From Pecten maximus (taxonomy: Eukaryota), in the NCBI RefSeq assembly GCF_902652985.1, contig NC_047023.1:11222001-11286000 (forward strand): 64,000 nucleotides of DNA. Direction: 5' to 3'. The position numbers were made by a program, and so were the translations under genes. Positions 1-13,472 of this stretch are shown in pieces. Positions within the stretch are counted from its first letter, which is position 1; each line of letters starts with the position of its first letter. The notes beneath the pieces were generated by a model that saw nothing but the letters and a program-made list of their open reading frames with translations, ran no database searches and had not been told where the DNA came from.

Positions 1-483
1 ATCATATAAGTTTAAAAATGTAAAAAAAAAAAAAAAAAAAACGGGAAAAAATAACATTGTGTGTGTATTAAGGGTCTACGGTTGTGTCTGGTTTTACATT
101 TTGTATGACAAACATGTGGCCTAACGGTCAGAAGTGACAACACAACATGTGATAAACAACGAACGAACACGTAAAACACAATGGTACATATCACTGCTAC
201 TAAGAGTCCACATATGGTGCTCAGCACGTCGACCTTTATATTTGCTTGGCATTACCTCAGCCATTCAAATAGCAACGATTGACATATGTCTATACACGTA
301 CATGTAATGTCAAAATATGATAACAGTTAAAGAGATGAAGTGATAGATTTTCAATAGGCAAGACAAGGATATAGGATAACCATGGAGAATATTCCCCTCA
401 AATGGTAAAATTGACATAAAGACATCTCAGATTTATGGTAACTCCCTATAAGGTAATTAAAAGATAGAATATGGAAACTATAC

Positions 484-786
484 CGTTGAGAACATGCACG
501 TTTAAACTCGTGGTTTTCTTTTCGGAGCTCCGGCAGACATAGTTCCCTTGATCTGTGGATCGACTGAGGTCAATGATCAGTTGACTAATTAGCGATCTTC
601 CCGGAACTTGCGGTTGGAACATTACTATCTTGAGCCGATTCTGCCACTTTGGGTCACTTTGATGCACAATGTGGCCGTTATGAAACCAGTCTATGTGTTC
701 TGGTGCTCGGTCCACACCAGTGGCATTGCACGTAAGGTTTATCATCTGGTTAACACTTACGAACTCCGTTCCCTCCAGCTTGATTG
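484..786 (-). CDS. Dpr/ZIG-8-like exon: complete Ig2
   Basis: Acceptor ttctctctcttctatag|CAATC and donor AACG|gtatag; 303 nt, phase 1 to 1; lies within ORF 446..835; NLTC...W...DQGNYVC. Confidence 0.93.
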
Positions 787-3700
787 CTATAGAAGAGAGA
801 GAACCGGATAAAACAGTGAAGTGAATTTCACACAATATCGAATGACAGTTGACCCTTTAGTATGGGATAGATAGTAGTGTGACGAACCCTAATAAAAAGA
901 TAAAAGCGAATAGGATAATGCCAAAAGCCATAATGACAAAATATACAACATCAAACAGGGAGAACAAAACTTAGTTATTTATTTGTTTGGTTTGTATAAC
1001 GCTTTAAATAGTTACAGGTAAACACCCTGTGTAATTGTCGTATACGGGTTATAGTAGTATAAAAAACTTTCGTTAAATATACCTATCATATGAACTCTTA
1101 ACCCGTCTAATTTGCATATATTTTTATATGTTACATTAGGAAAAACACATGGCAATTATATTTCAATTGCAAATGCATTCTATTAAGATACCAAATTAAA
1201 GCTCATAATTGTTAAGATTTAATTTTAATAATTCATGCATTCTGATATGCACCGTTAATATGAAGGTATTGTCTCTAATATATATTTATATATTTGTGCC
1301 AACATATGATAATGAAGTACGATTTTTAGTTCAAAGTTCATAATACTGACAATCTTCCGATTTTCTTGTCTTTTGTGTTAATGAAAAGAGGTTATATTGA
1401 GTAGGTCATCTTAAGAATTAATCATATCACAGCAATTCCATGTGCGTGCAAAATGTCTCATTAACATGCCCTAAAAACTAAGAGTTGAAAGTAGAAAACC
1501 ATACAATACAAGGACAGTAGCATAATGGTACCAAACACTAGTTGTTAAAAGCATCAAGTAAGATCTTAAGTCTACAACACCCGCATATGACATCTGTATT
1601 GTACAATATAAGTACCAGTTGTATTGATTGAGGCAGTATTAAACTATTGTCGGCTTTTCGGCACGAACCCTGATACATAATCCCGTATTATTGATAAACT
1701 GCATAATGCCGGATTTTATTTAATAGTTTATATGTTGTTTTGAAACAAATCAAAACTTACTCAGAGATGAGATATATTGTTGCCATCTCCTACAACTCGC
1801 GTTTTTAGGACAAATAAATATTATAACGTTTTGAATTCGGCCCTTTAAATGAGTCACATGGAAAATGAGTTGATGATACTGACAGCAAGTTGTGCGTATA
1901 ACGCATCGCATCAAATTGATGGTCCATGTGTGTTCATGATCGTGATCGAGGTCATGATGTCATTTCCAACAAAGCTTTGTGACAATTACATAATTAATGA
2001 AGTTGAGTCAGTCCATGCCATTCATTACAATGCAGATGCTATACGTTCTCCGCTGGTCCGTCATTGAGATAAGCATCTCGATCAGACAAAGTCATGCAAT
2101 ATCCGGTGCAGAAAGCAGTCATGGTCACCGGGGAACTTTAAAACAACGCATGCGCTTTGTAGTAAATATGACATTAAACCACAGGCAATCCGGAATAGTT
2201 TGTGGGTGTGGGAAACATTAAAAACTAAACACAGCAATTGTGTGACTCTGAGGTTGTTTCGTTATAAAGAAAGCACGTTTATTTCGACAGTAGCTTTTAA
2301 AAATGAATACAAATTACAATTGGTTATATTTTCATAAAAAGTGTACAAAATGAGTTCGTATTACACGTGTAAGGGTGTGTATATGTACTGGTTTTGAATG
2401 CAGTGCAGTTTATAGTTGAAGCCTTATCTCCCCTGAAATGTTTACTGAAACATGTACAAAGCATCATGATTTCTTGAGATTGTAGCCAAGTGTGAATATC
2501 TCGACCATATCAATTCAGCAATGTAGCCAAACGAACCGGCACGGTGCTAATGCACGCTCCATGGCGATAGGCTCGAGTTTATCATAGAACTATCGGATTC
2601 CGATAGAAACTTTTAACTCTTCTTTTTTTTCATCGTCTACATGTTACAAACCACATTCCTGCCAACGCAAGCAATTACAACACCTGATATCTTGTACCAG
2701 AGGAACAATTAATAAGTTTGGTTTGATTACCATCAAAGCATAGCTATAAAGGTGTAATGATAACCTCATTCGCACCAATAACAAGACAATATTGCACTAC
2801 CAAGGCTACATATACTACAATAGGTTCCAATTACACAATATTGCCAGTTTTCGAACTGTAATTAAATGTTAAGATAAAGTTATGCATGCGCGCAAAGCTG
2901 AATCTATATATGTGTTCGTTATTTTACAGAATCGTACAAATACATTAACACGCATTTTGCAGGGTGATGCTAGTGAGCATTCAGTGGTGTTATTAAATAG
3001 CAAGGGTAAAGCAACACAAGCCTAAATATCAAAATGCTGAATGATTAAGTGCTTCAAATAAATCAAAAAATAGTTCATACAAACTTTAAATTCATTGTAT
3101 AATGATAAATGTTTGGAGTGTTTCTGTTGCAATATGCGCTTGTTAAAAATATCAAATTGATGCAAATACTTACTTTTTTCTATATCTGCAGGTATATCTG
3201 GAAAAAAACAAATATGTTTTATAAATTCATGGTAAACGTGTCTGAAATAACAACATCAAACAATCAATGATACGATAGGATATTTATCTTAATCGACAAA
3301 TGAAAAATAGGTTTCGAAATAAAAAAGAAATAAAAACACACCACATTTAATACAGCATGCATGAATATATTATTACTGGACATGGTAAAACAGTATGCTA
3401 TGTCACTACTGATTTAAAATAACTACGAAACACATGTTTGGATTAAGATTCACTCCAGAAATATAATATGTCAGTCTACAATTTTTCGAAACAATCATTA
3501 ATATAATATCCGCATATATAATTTCATTATTTGAGATTTTATTTACTTTGATGGTTGTTACATACAGAAGGAATTTATTTGAGATTTCAAATGCAGATTC
3601 TTGGATAGTTTTCTAATTACAGTTCATGTTTAGTAGTCACTATATTTGAATCAATTTTGATCGAATACAATGCAGCAAACACTTTATTTCAAATAACACA

Positions 3701-6700
3701 TTGAATACAATACTATGCTCTTGCAATACATAGATACCTAACCTTCGCAATGCAAGATTTCCTTATCCTTTAACTTAGACAAAGCGAATCATTTTATTGC
3801 AGAAGTTATAGCGCCAGTATTAGTAATATATGCAATATATTGACCGAAATAAGATATGACTGAAAAACAAGTTATCAAATTGAGGCGAAAATTTGACTCC
3901 GATTCAGTCCGATACAGCATCGCATAACATGTACTTGTCAATATAAAGAATCATTCATTTTGTCGATAAATGGTTAGAATTTTATACAAATTCTTGCATT
4001 GTGTCTTTCTATGACGTCGTAAATAAATTGATGTTCGTTGTTCTAATCAACTGCAATGGTCGAACAAAATTCAGACTTGCTTGAAGGTATACGGAACACA
4101 ACGTTAACTGGTACATATTGAGAATAGCATAGAAAAGAGCGCGTGCCGAACAATACACATTACTACAAATTAATTACATGCGTTCGTTCATACTTAATTC
4201 CAGTGTAAAAAAATAATCAAGAATCCAAGCTTTTAATTAAAATAGAAATAGATGAAATGCTTTGAAGGAGGTAACAAACAGTACAGACGCCATTCTGAAA
4301 TTGTTCTTGTTGAACTTTGATGACAGGTATTCTCTAATTGAATGAGGTCGTTAGCACAGTAGAGAAGGACAATACACGACATAGTCGGGCAGACGCCTGG
4401 AAGTCAATGTCATAAAAATGTTTATGTATTAAGTCGCGTCATCAGGTTAGTTTGATCTGAAGCTTGCTTTTAATGTGCCGTATTAACATACTAGATATTG
4501 GATGGAATCAAATTTTCCCGATTGTGTTCGCCTGGAATATGTGATGAGAAAGATAGTAATGCACAAAGTTGTACTGTATGTAACATATGGTTTCGGAACA
4601 GTTGTGAAGTTACAAGAACATGTTTACGTTTGATATATTGGTGACGAGTTAAACATACTATTACTTCTTATGTAAAGGATTTACCTAGTTATTCTTGCTC
4701 TAATATTACCGATGTGGAATTTCTTAATGACAAACTGCTGAAAATGACATGTCCTTATAGTCTATCATCGTGTCGATACAGGTCTCTAGAGTGACCCTGA
4801 CATTGAACATAACCAGTGCATGTGTTTTTCCTGTCTAAATGAGCTTCATAATTCTTTCTGGTGCATTCAATTGGTCTGTTTACATTGTTTGAAAGTTCAA
4901 GCAATAGGATTGACTCGGTTTTGTCTGCTGTTGGTCGATTAACATATAGTTTAATACCATTTTCGTTTCCGGTGATAGGATTTATTTTATCAGAACATAG
5001 AACATGACTGTCAGATATCGCTATGTCTAGGTTGGAGAAACATTAATATTCTTCCGTCAATAAACGGATACGTGGGTTACTAAACTAATTTCAGGCATAA
5101 CGCCAACTGGTCCTCCCGTAACACTCGATATATATTGTGACATTTACTAAAGCATTCAAGTAATTGATTACAATTTACTTTATCATTGCTGTTGTCATGT
5201 AAATACGACACGATCATAATTCGAATATCTGTACACACCAATCATGAAACGAAAATGACCTTATTCAACTTATTATGATTTTATATCTTTCTTATATCGT
5301 ATGACACATAATGGCGGTATGATGGATACCTGGGAATAATTTATAGTGTCGCGATCTGGAATTTGATCACCAGACCGGGTAACATAAAACTGACAAAGGG
5401 ATCGGACCACCTGGTTAAATTGAAATTTATTTGATGCAAATCTATAATTTTGATTATTTCTAGCCGTCGTTTTATTCAGTTTGAATTATAGTTTTTTTTA
5501 TTTTACCGGTTGTTGTGTTTCCTAACCGGCACGGTGTCGCAGTTAAATTTTCTTTGATTAGAGATTAACTACCTAAAACATGCTATCCAATGGTTTATCA
5601 TATTTTAAGATAGTTTCAATGTTAGACAGGATCGTGTTATGATCTGAGATCTAGTAATTACCTAAAATGGAAAATCGAAATCCCCTTTCATTTTTCTTTG
5701 AAAACCACAACAATAGGTCAAATCAAACACAGAAAAAATAACATTACAAAGATACAAAAAGGAAGATATAATGTCGAAAGTGAACCTTAAAAAACATAAA
5801 ACGCTTGAAAGGTTAGCTTCACTACAGGTGACATCAATTCAGACAATTTTAGACTTACCTAGGACATTAAGATGAACTATATAGGGCAATGTTTCACTGG
5901 CGCTCACTTTACACTCGTAGCTGCCTGTATCGGCAGTTGATGTACCTTTGATGACTAGTGTCCATTGTGACACCATATCGTCCATTTCACGATGGTTTAT
6001 ACTGATCTCTTCCCTCGGGGAAAACGGCAAACCTCCTATCGTCAATGGATAGTTGTTTGGTATTTTCCGCCACTGAACCTGCAATTATCGTATAACACTC
6101 TTTAAAAAAATATATTCCATCAAATTCTAGGAACCCATAAATGTCAATCGTTTCAATAAAACATAACATATATAACTATTATTCCCTGTGTTTTTTCTAT
6201 AATTTTACTCCTCGAGACATTCTTTGCAACAACATATGTCATAAATCCTTTTATTTCAGTATTAAAAACGTTCGAAATGACGAGTAAACATATAACTGCA
6301 ATATAAGAGATAACCCAACATTCGATATCCTATTATCAAATTACCTATCCTGTGTAGCTTGTAATAATTCTTATTAGCTCTCTATTACATTAGTATTGCT
6401 TTCAAACGCCCTGAGTCTGATCGATAAGTTACGATTGCTGAAGGTTATTTCTACAGTATCAGCAGTTTATACAAATGTAATCGAAAACTAAATTAATACA
6501 TGTCATAACGCGTCATGTAAATCAAATAATGCACTGCATGAGTTGACATCTCTGTCGTATGACAGTTGCATAGTAGTAACAGATAATAAAAATACAACTC
6601 AAGTTTGCTTAGATATCTTCATAAAAACGTATAATTCATGTAGACAGGCCTTAACCTAGGGGGTTCATGTTGCAACACTTATTCTTTATACATTCCAACA

Positions 6701-8299
6701 AGGTGATCGATTTCGGACATTAAACATGGTTGAATTCTGTAGATACACAGCTCACCCAAACAATTGTCCCTTGGTACAGTGACGTCTACTTATGTTTGCG
6801 TCCTAATCGATGTGGTTCTTACACACAACAAACTGTGCTTAGTCGCCATACATATATCGGTTTACAGTACACTATTTATGCTATGTATACAAAGTTGATG
6901 ACTTGTCCTTTACTGGTAAAGGTCCGAACTATTAACATGCATGTCATTTTAGGAAGTGGCTTACATATAGATAAGGGATGTTCCAGTGTCATTAGATACA
7001 ATGTCGCAGGAACAATGGTATGATATATCAGCTGGTCTAATATAATGGCACCGTCACTTGAGTTTCCTTTGAAATTCATATCAGTAATGTTCGAGAAGTG
7101 GTAAGCATAAAGTAGCAAGAGATAGCCAATTTTCAGTTTCAGTTCATGGAGATAATTATCCTTCTTAAGATATTAAAATATTAAAAAAAAACACAAAAAA
7201 ACAAGCTACATAACATTATATATGAATATGGTTATATTTGGTATGAATAATTATTTATTTCTTGAAAACAGCTATTTTCCTCTTCTTGATGTGACTTTTC
7301 CCTCTGAATCTAACATTCTAAAACTCCGGAATATAGCAGATGTTTCAAATAATATAACACTCAGTCGCTTTTTAATGAATTTATTCTGTTAATAGGGGCG
7401 TAAACAATACTCAATATAATTATATGAGTTATTTTAAATTACATTCCTTATTAATTATACGTAACTGTATAACCCTGTTTTAAACTGATATGACTTATTA
7501 CACGACGCTTTTGCGTGTGACTTTCCATATCATAGGGACAAGCTCATTTAAGATACGATGTGTAACGCACACCTTGTACAAGTGTAACCTGATTCTTTGC
7601 ATTGATAAAACTGTATTCATTAAAAAACGTTAATTGTCATATTGTGTTAAATTTCAATTAGCTTTTTAAAGTCCATCTAACCAGCGACAAGTTACCGTAG
7701 CGAAACACGACGCTAAACTACTAGAGAAACGTTTCAATTAACAAATTATATCAACGATCATCAAAGATGAGTTCTACCAGATCAGGGAATATCTCTTATG
7801 TCTTTTTATCGCTTTCTACACTATTGAAGTGTTTAAGACAAACTTTTGTACATTTTATCATATAGCCTTGAAAACAATTATTGATATAACACTGAATCAC
7901 AGTATGTCTCGTTCCTTTTAAAGTCCCACTAGTTTGTAATTTGAACTCAAAAATAAAACACATCAAAATAAAAAATATCTGGATCAAAATCACAGTTTCT
8001 ACGCAGGAACAAGTAATACAATTCATATACCGTTTGCATTACAGCATTGAAAAACCTGCGATTGTCTGATACCATTTACATAGCACAGATGCTGTAGAAC
8101 ATTTGTAACAAAGCACCATCTTGATAACGTGATATTTCTAGTGGGAGGAATAGCAAATGGATTGTACTCTAGCTTACTGTTTTTGTGCCCAGGTATTTAA
8201 TCTTGCATTTAAGGTGAGCTGTCTGGCCCAGGTGAACGGTGATATTCTGAGGTGTCGACAGGAAAATCGGTCTTGCGTGATGACGGATGTAATTGAGAC
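484..8299 (-). CDS. Dpr / zwei-Ig-domain ZIG-8-like two-Ig cell-surface protein (spliced, partial; exons 8299-8178, 6078-5859, 3197-3174, 786-484)
   Basis: Four GT-AG exons join in frame (phases 1/0/1/1/1): xLNYIRHHARPIFLSTPQNITVHLGQTAHLKCKIKYLGTKT|VQWRKIPNNYPLTIG...WTLVIKGTSTADTGSYECKVS...VHLNVL|DIPADIEK|TIKLEGTEFV...INLTCNATG...APEHIDWFHNG...SQLII...DQGNYVCRSS...LNVHVLN. Both Ig domains have Cys, Trp and DxGxYxC. The C-x-I-x-x-LG-x-K-T-V-x-W, LTIG and INLTC motifs are typical of Dpr/ZIG-8. Confidence 0.9.
3174..3197 (-). CDS. Dpr/ZIG-8-like 24-nt microexon (Ig1-Ig2 linker, DIPADIEK)
   Basis: ttgttttttttccag|ATATACCTGCAGATATAGAAAAAA|gtaagt: strong acceptor, consensus donor, symmetric phase 1, open frame, located between the two Ig exons. 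Confidence 0.8.
5859..6078 (-). CDS. Dpr/ZIG-8-like exon: C-terminal half of Ig1
   Basis: Acceptor attgcag|GTTCAGTGG and donor CTAG|gtaagt; 220 nt, phase 0 to 1; lies within ORF 5839..6084; VQW...DTGSYEC...LNVL. Confidence 0.93.
8178..8299 (-). CDS. Dpr/ZIG-8-like exon: N-terminal half of Ig1
   Basis: Acceptor ttttattttgcag|GTCTC and donor ACA|gtaagc; 122 nt, phase 1 to 0; encodes LNYIRHHARPIFLSTPQNITVHLGQTAHLKCKIKYLGTKT. Missed by the ORF track. Confidence 0.9.
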
Positions 8300-10679
8300 C
8301 TGCAAAATAAAAAAAAACGTGAAACTCTATATGATTTTGCAAATGACTGACATTTCATAATATTGCTAAATCAAAAATTCAAACGTGTGACCTCGACGAA
8401 GACAACCATGTCCTTACTTGTGATTAACATATCCTAACCCCTCTTTTTTAAAGTGTCTTCCCATCTTGAACACCTTTTATTGTCATAGTTACCAATACAC
8501 GCTTTGTACCACTTTAGTGTAGTTATTGTCTTGTACCTAATCAGTATACCGAAAAAAAATCATTATGTTTTATGAAGCAACAATTATGTCAAACGCATAC
8601 AGGGATTTGCAAACATTCGATATTTAAAATAAATTATATCTACCAACGTTTAATATGAAACCAAAAAGAAGGCTGATATTAAAATCATAAAGAAGTCTTA
8701 CTAATATTGTTATCACCATAAATAACAATAAAGTATGTTAATCTACAGTTCAAAACCAGCACAATTGCCGAAACACTGCTTAATGTATAACTAGGTATAT
8801 GCATTTAACGATATGAAGAAAAAAGAATTGATGAATTCTTATATGTTTTTATACAGGTCTGGCATCCATTTAAGTTTATTACGTACATATATTTAAGGAA
8901 TTTTGCCGCTTGATTTGGGATAATCTATCTTAATCATTTCAAATAAACCAAAATGTCGTAGAAGTATTGTTTCAGTTAAATTGTCGTATCGAATCAACAA
9001 TATATTCACAGGAGGTCGCCCTGGCCAGTATTTACGTTTAAAATGTACATTTAATCTCATATCATTTTACCGAATTCGAAAAAGGAACAAATGATGAAAA
9101 CGTAGCAGTTATTTGCAGACAGTGTACCTTAGATTGCGATGTTAAGTATACAATCTGATATGTGCATCCGTATTATATAAATACTATTCTGTAATTGTTA
9201 TACCATGCGAGTAGTGGCATTTAACGTAAACACACACACACAAAAATGTCCTCCACTCGTCAATAAGCCTTGTTAGGCCAAGCGTCATTATCGATGTAAT
9301 TGGTTGCCCTTCTGACAGCATAAAGCGATGATTACATTCTCAATTTGTCTGGAATAGAGGCAGAATTGTCTCGACCAGAGGCAATTGGCAATTAAAGTGT
9401 CCACGATTGTCATCACGGGCCCGCTTTATAGAATTTCGGTTGAATGATAAATGCTCATAATACCGCTACTCAGATCGAAACCTTGAAACGTCAGTGGTCA
9501 AAACCTACCTAGTGGTCATCGAATAATTCCCATTAAGAGTTATTAACCTATCCAATTGCGAATTGACGTCACACATTACAACGGTATTTAAGGTGAAATC
9601 GCCAGTCAATTTGATGAAATTGGTCATTCATAATGAGCATTCTTATCATTCAACACATGTTATTAACCCAGATTATGTATCACCATTTCTAACCTATCAT
9701 AAATCAGTTTTAAAGTAATGATCCAGAAAACAGGCCATTACCCAACTACAAATTTGCCAGTATCCGCAACATGACAACGATATATTTAAAATTTAACACT
9801 TTCCGTTTACATTTAAATTGAATATGACAATATTTGTGTAGCCGTAGACCCTGATAACCATACATATCTGAAGTTTTATCCCATCCCTTAGAGAAGTTAT
9901 GTTTCAAAGATGTGCTTTCTGACCTTTGCAACTATACGACCGCAAAACCCTTTAATACCATAATCTCATTTACATCTTTATATTGCACACACACTCGTTT
10001 TCTTGAATTTACGTCTATGTCACAGAGAAACCTATGGCAGACTGTAACATTTTATTTTTTTCGTTGCTCTAATAAGCACATTCTCAGCTCACAATAACAC
10101 TGAAGTAATAATGTGACGTTTGGTGAAAGATGACCAAGCTTTCATCAATCCTGCCTTGATCAAATACGCCTTGGTAATCGATACCACTTAATCTGGGATT
10201 TTTGTACACGAAGCCTACTTGGCATCCGTTCCCCGGCACTAGGAAACGTTCGCCTTAGGCGGTGTCTCGAGAGATATCTCTTTAACCATATATCTTTGCC
10301 GTATTTGGCATTTTTTCGTAACAATCTAGCAGTTTAAACGACTGAAACTACCAATATTGAACACCATCTCCAGAGTACCCGCCTTATATCATCCCTTAAC
10401 ATTGTCTCTGACATCGCATTGCAAATCAATCCAGCGATAATCTATCACATTGCTTTTTTCCCTTTCTCCGTAAGATATTCGAACACACATTTTAATATGA
10501 TCTTTTATAACGAAGTTACTGCTGTTTTGCAACTATTTGATAACATTGAACGTATCATGATGTATGAAAGCAGAATTTATCAAAATAAAATACAAACGAA
10601 TACAATCATTTAACGTCTTTAAAGAATAATATTTCGTTGTGTTGGTTGCGAGAGAGAATGACTTTTCCCACTTTCAGGT

Positions 10680-10895
10680 ATTAAACTTTCGTGAGTTAGA
10701 GCAGGGCGATATTGTATTATCACCTTGATGATCAGCAGCACGATTCTCCGTATTGCTGGACAACATGATGCTGAACAGCTGATAATACAGTACCCCACGA
10801 GACTAAGACCAATGCCTTAAAGTTTCTCATCCACCAAAAAGGACATGATATATTAGCCTACCCATCAGGTGGCCCCGGCCGGAATCGATTGATCT
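10680..10895 (-). mobile_element. Possible decayed tRNA-derived SINE
   Basis: Minus strand has a degenerate B-box-like TCGATTCCGGCCGGGGC followed by ~200 nt of GC-richer sequence; no convincing A-box. Confidence 0.25.
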
Positions 10896-11259
10896 AAACG
10901 CCATTGCAGTACAGTTGTGAACGCCATAAATTTTATAAAAAATTACATTGTTTTGTTAATGATAATAATACTTTGTGGAACTAGTCGTCATCAATAAACG
11001 TCAAGCGAATTATATTTAATTATACGAATACAACGACAGGTTTGCCTGTTCAGCAGTGTTTTATGTTAACAAGAAAGCTCTAACACAACCAGAGTGATCA
11101 TACAAAGGCAAACTATGCAGTTAAGGATGCGTCTGGAGAGCCATGTATATTGGAACATAGTTGTGATGCAGCTCTGAAATGCACACAAGGATACGGTGGC
11201 ATTACAGATTAGCATCGCATGTGTAATGCCGAACATTGCGCATATGGCAGTAAATTACT

Positions 11260-11640
11260 CCAGCGACAACCAACAACCACAACTACAACTAACATCTACG
11301 GCTACAACCAACCACAGCAGAGACAACCAAATATAACAGGCACAGCCAACCACCACAGCGACAATACCGGCTACAGAGGCTACAACCATTATATACAACC
11401 AACGACCACATCTACAGTCAACAACCCAAGACAACCAACAAGCTCAATTACATACAGCAACTAGGGTCACAACCAATAATCACAGTTACAACTAACAGCT
11501 GGAGTGACAACCAACAAATGCAACCACAAAAAGTAGCCAAAGCGACGGTCAGGAGCCACAACAAACATTCATATCTACAAACGAAAAAACCCCTATAACA
11601 GCCAACATCCATATTGATAATCAACAACCCCAGAGACAAG
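11260..11640. repeat. Degenerate A/C-rich minisatellite (~20-bp ACAACCAAC-based unit)
   Basis: Recurrent acaaccaac / acaactaac / acagccaac motifs with strong strand skew. Confidence 0.75.
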
Positions 11641-13379
11641 GTATACCTAAAAATGTAGCAGTAACCGAAAATGTTAGCGACAACTGCATAAGTATGCCAT
11701 TTCAGAATGTTATACTACGTAAACATGCCGAAGTGGCTCATCTGATGGCCGAGGTGAGTATGTAATCACCCGTTATTGCCACTCTCCAGGGTAACATTAT
11801 CAGTGGTACATTATCCTACTGAATTTCCAAAACTGGACAAGGAGACTTCATCGGATGACATATGAACTACGGGGATATCTCACCTTCATTTTGATGTCGC
11901 TTATTCAAAACCGAACGTACTGCTATCGGCAAAATGCATATTGACTATCGTGTACATGTATCGACAGGATATAGACTGACGTATTTAAATAAGTGATTAA
12001 CCTAATTAGTACTGACTTGATTAGTGATGTCAAGGGCCAAGTGAAAGTGAAAATGCAGCATGCATAGTCACCACAACATGTTCTATATACGTGTGGCAGC
12101 ATATGTGTTTATTTGAAACTATAAACTAGCGATATACATTATCTATCAGCTTGATACAGATACAGTGTGCCTGCCCAAAGAAAATGATAACGTTCAGTAT
12201 TTTTATTTTATTATTTATGTATCACATTTTATAGTTGTAGCAAGTAACCTTTGATGTTTAATTAAAATATATAGAGATTTTTGTATGATTAAGCTACCAA
12301 TACATCGCCATTCAGGTCAATGTCTGTTTCGATGGCCTGCCTTCAATGATAAATTATTGAATAACTTATTAGTTAAAACGCGGCGGATGTATCGGTCCGA
12401 CAGTTATATGACACAGTGTAATAGGTTTTGTATATGTACGTGTCAAAAGATTTAATCTATTTCTCAAGACTGGATAAAATCTATCAACCACCATCCAAAC
12501 AATTTAATATTTATTATTTTCTGCTAGCAAAAGTGTCAACGTTAATTATTTTGTTCATTTCCCTCGTTTATACGTCACCTTTTATTGTCTTTTCCACTTT
12601 TAAACTTTGATTAGTTAAATTGAACGAATATATTTAAAAGGTCCACATTCGTAAATGTACAATTGATATAGTTAAGTTGTTGAAGAAATATAGATTCACA
12701 CGCACATTCGATTAATTTTCATTTCCACATACTAGTAAATTACTGAGAAATTATGAAAAAAATTTAACTTTAAAAGTAAATTAATCAAAAGAATGGCGGT
12801 ATAGCTTTCAGGGTAATAAATCAATAGAAAGGGTATTTGCATGACAGGATAGTAATAGAACAGAGCAATGAAATGGTATTCGTACTTGTATGATTTAACC
12901 ACCACAATGTACCATACACTGTTAACATACAATTGCCTTTACAATGCCATAGCTGGTACCTTTAAGGGGCTTTGAAGGAGAATTGCAAGTAGGATGTAAG
13001 AATTTTACGAGCTGCCCCACAATGATAGTTTTTTTTCTTCGGAGTATTACGTCTAGCCTTTAGTTGAACGTTCGTCACGTGAGGAATTTCGGTTCAATGT
13101 GACCTTGTAATCGGATTTTGTAAAAAGAACTTTTTTTTTTTAAAATCTTTAGGTAAGGGTAGAGAATCAAAGTGAATCAGCATTTCAGTTTGAATCAAAC
13201 TTGCTATGTATAATCTTTATGGAACCCATTTTATGTGTTAACTTCCAATAGTTTGGTGTCAATGTTTGGTTTTGGAATCTATGAACTATACAATCAGAAT
13301 GTGTCTTTATCTAATATGTCAACATAAGTAATAATTGAATAATCGACATGAGATTCCTGTTATTATAACTAAACAAAAA

Positions 13380-13472
13380 ATATGCACACGCTTACAGTAC
13401 TAAACGCATGTTTATATATCGCAAATAGTCCGTCCTTAAATGACCATAGATATTGAGCAGACATTAAAAAAT
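13380..13472 (+). mobile_element. Degenerate SINE tail
   Basis: ccgtccttaaatgaccatagatattgagcagacattaaa matches the same SINE 3' tail motif. Confidence 0.5.

Noticed and set aside
12-227. Minus ORF with a TM-like stretch (LSTICGLLVAVICTIVFYVFV) as possible last exon of the Ig gene
   Set aside because: No phase-1 acceptor with a pyrimidine tract, an in-frame stop just upstream, and it ends in a poly-T-derived Phe run.
1761-1789. 29-nt stop-containing cassette before a perfect gtaagt donor (would give a one-Ig secreted form)
   Set aside because: The acceptor (aaaacgcgagttgtag) lacks a polypyrimidine tract.
11219-11464. Thr/Gln-rich mucin-like ORF
   Set aside because: Translation of the degenerate ACAACC repeat; interrupted by a stop and lacks a supported exon structure.
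13128-13158. Poly-T...ctttag|gtaagg recursive-splice-like motif
   Set aside because: On the + strand, opposite the only supported gene; no transcript evidence.
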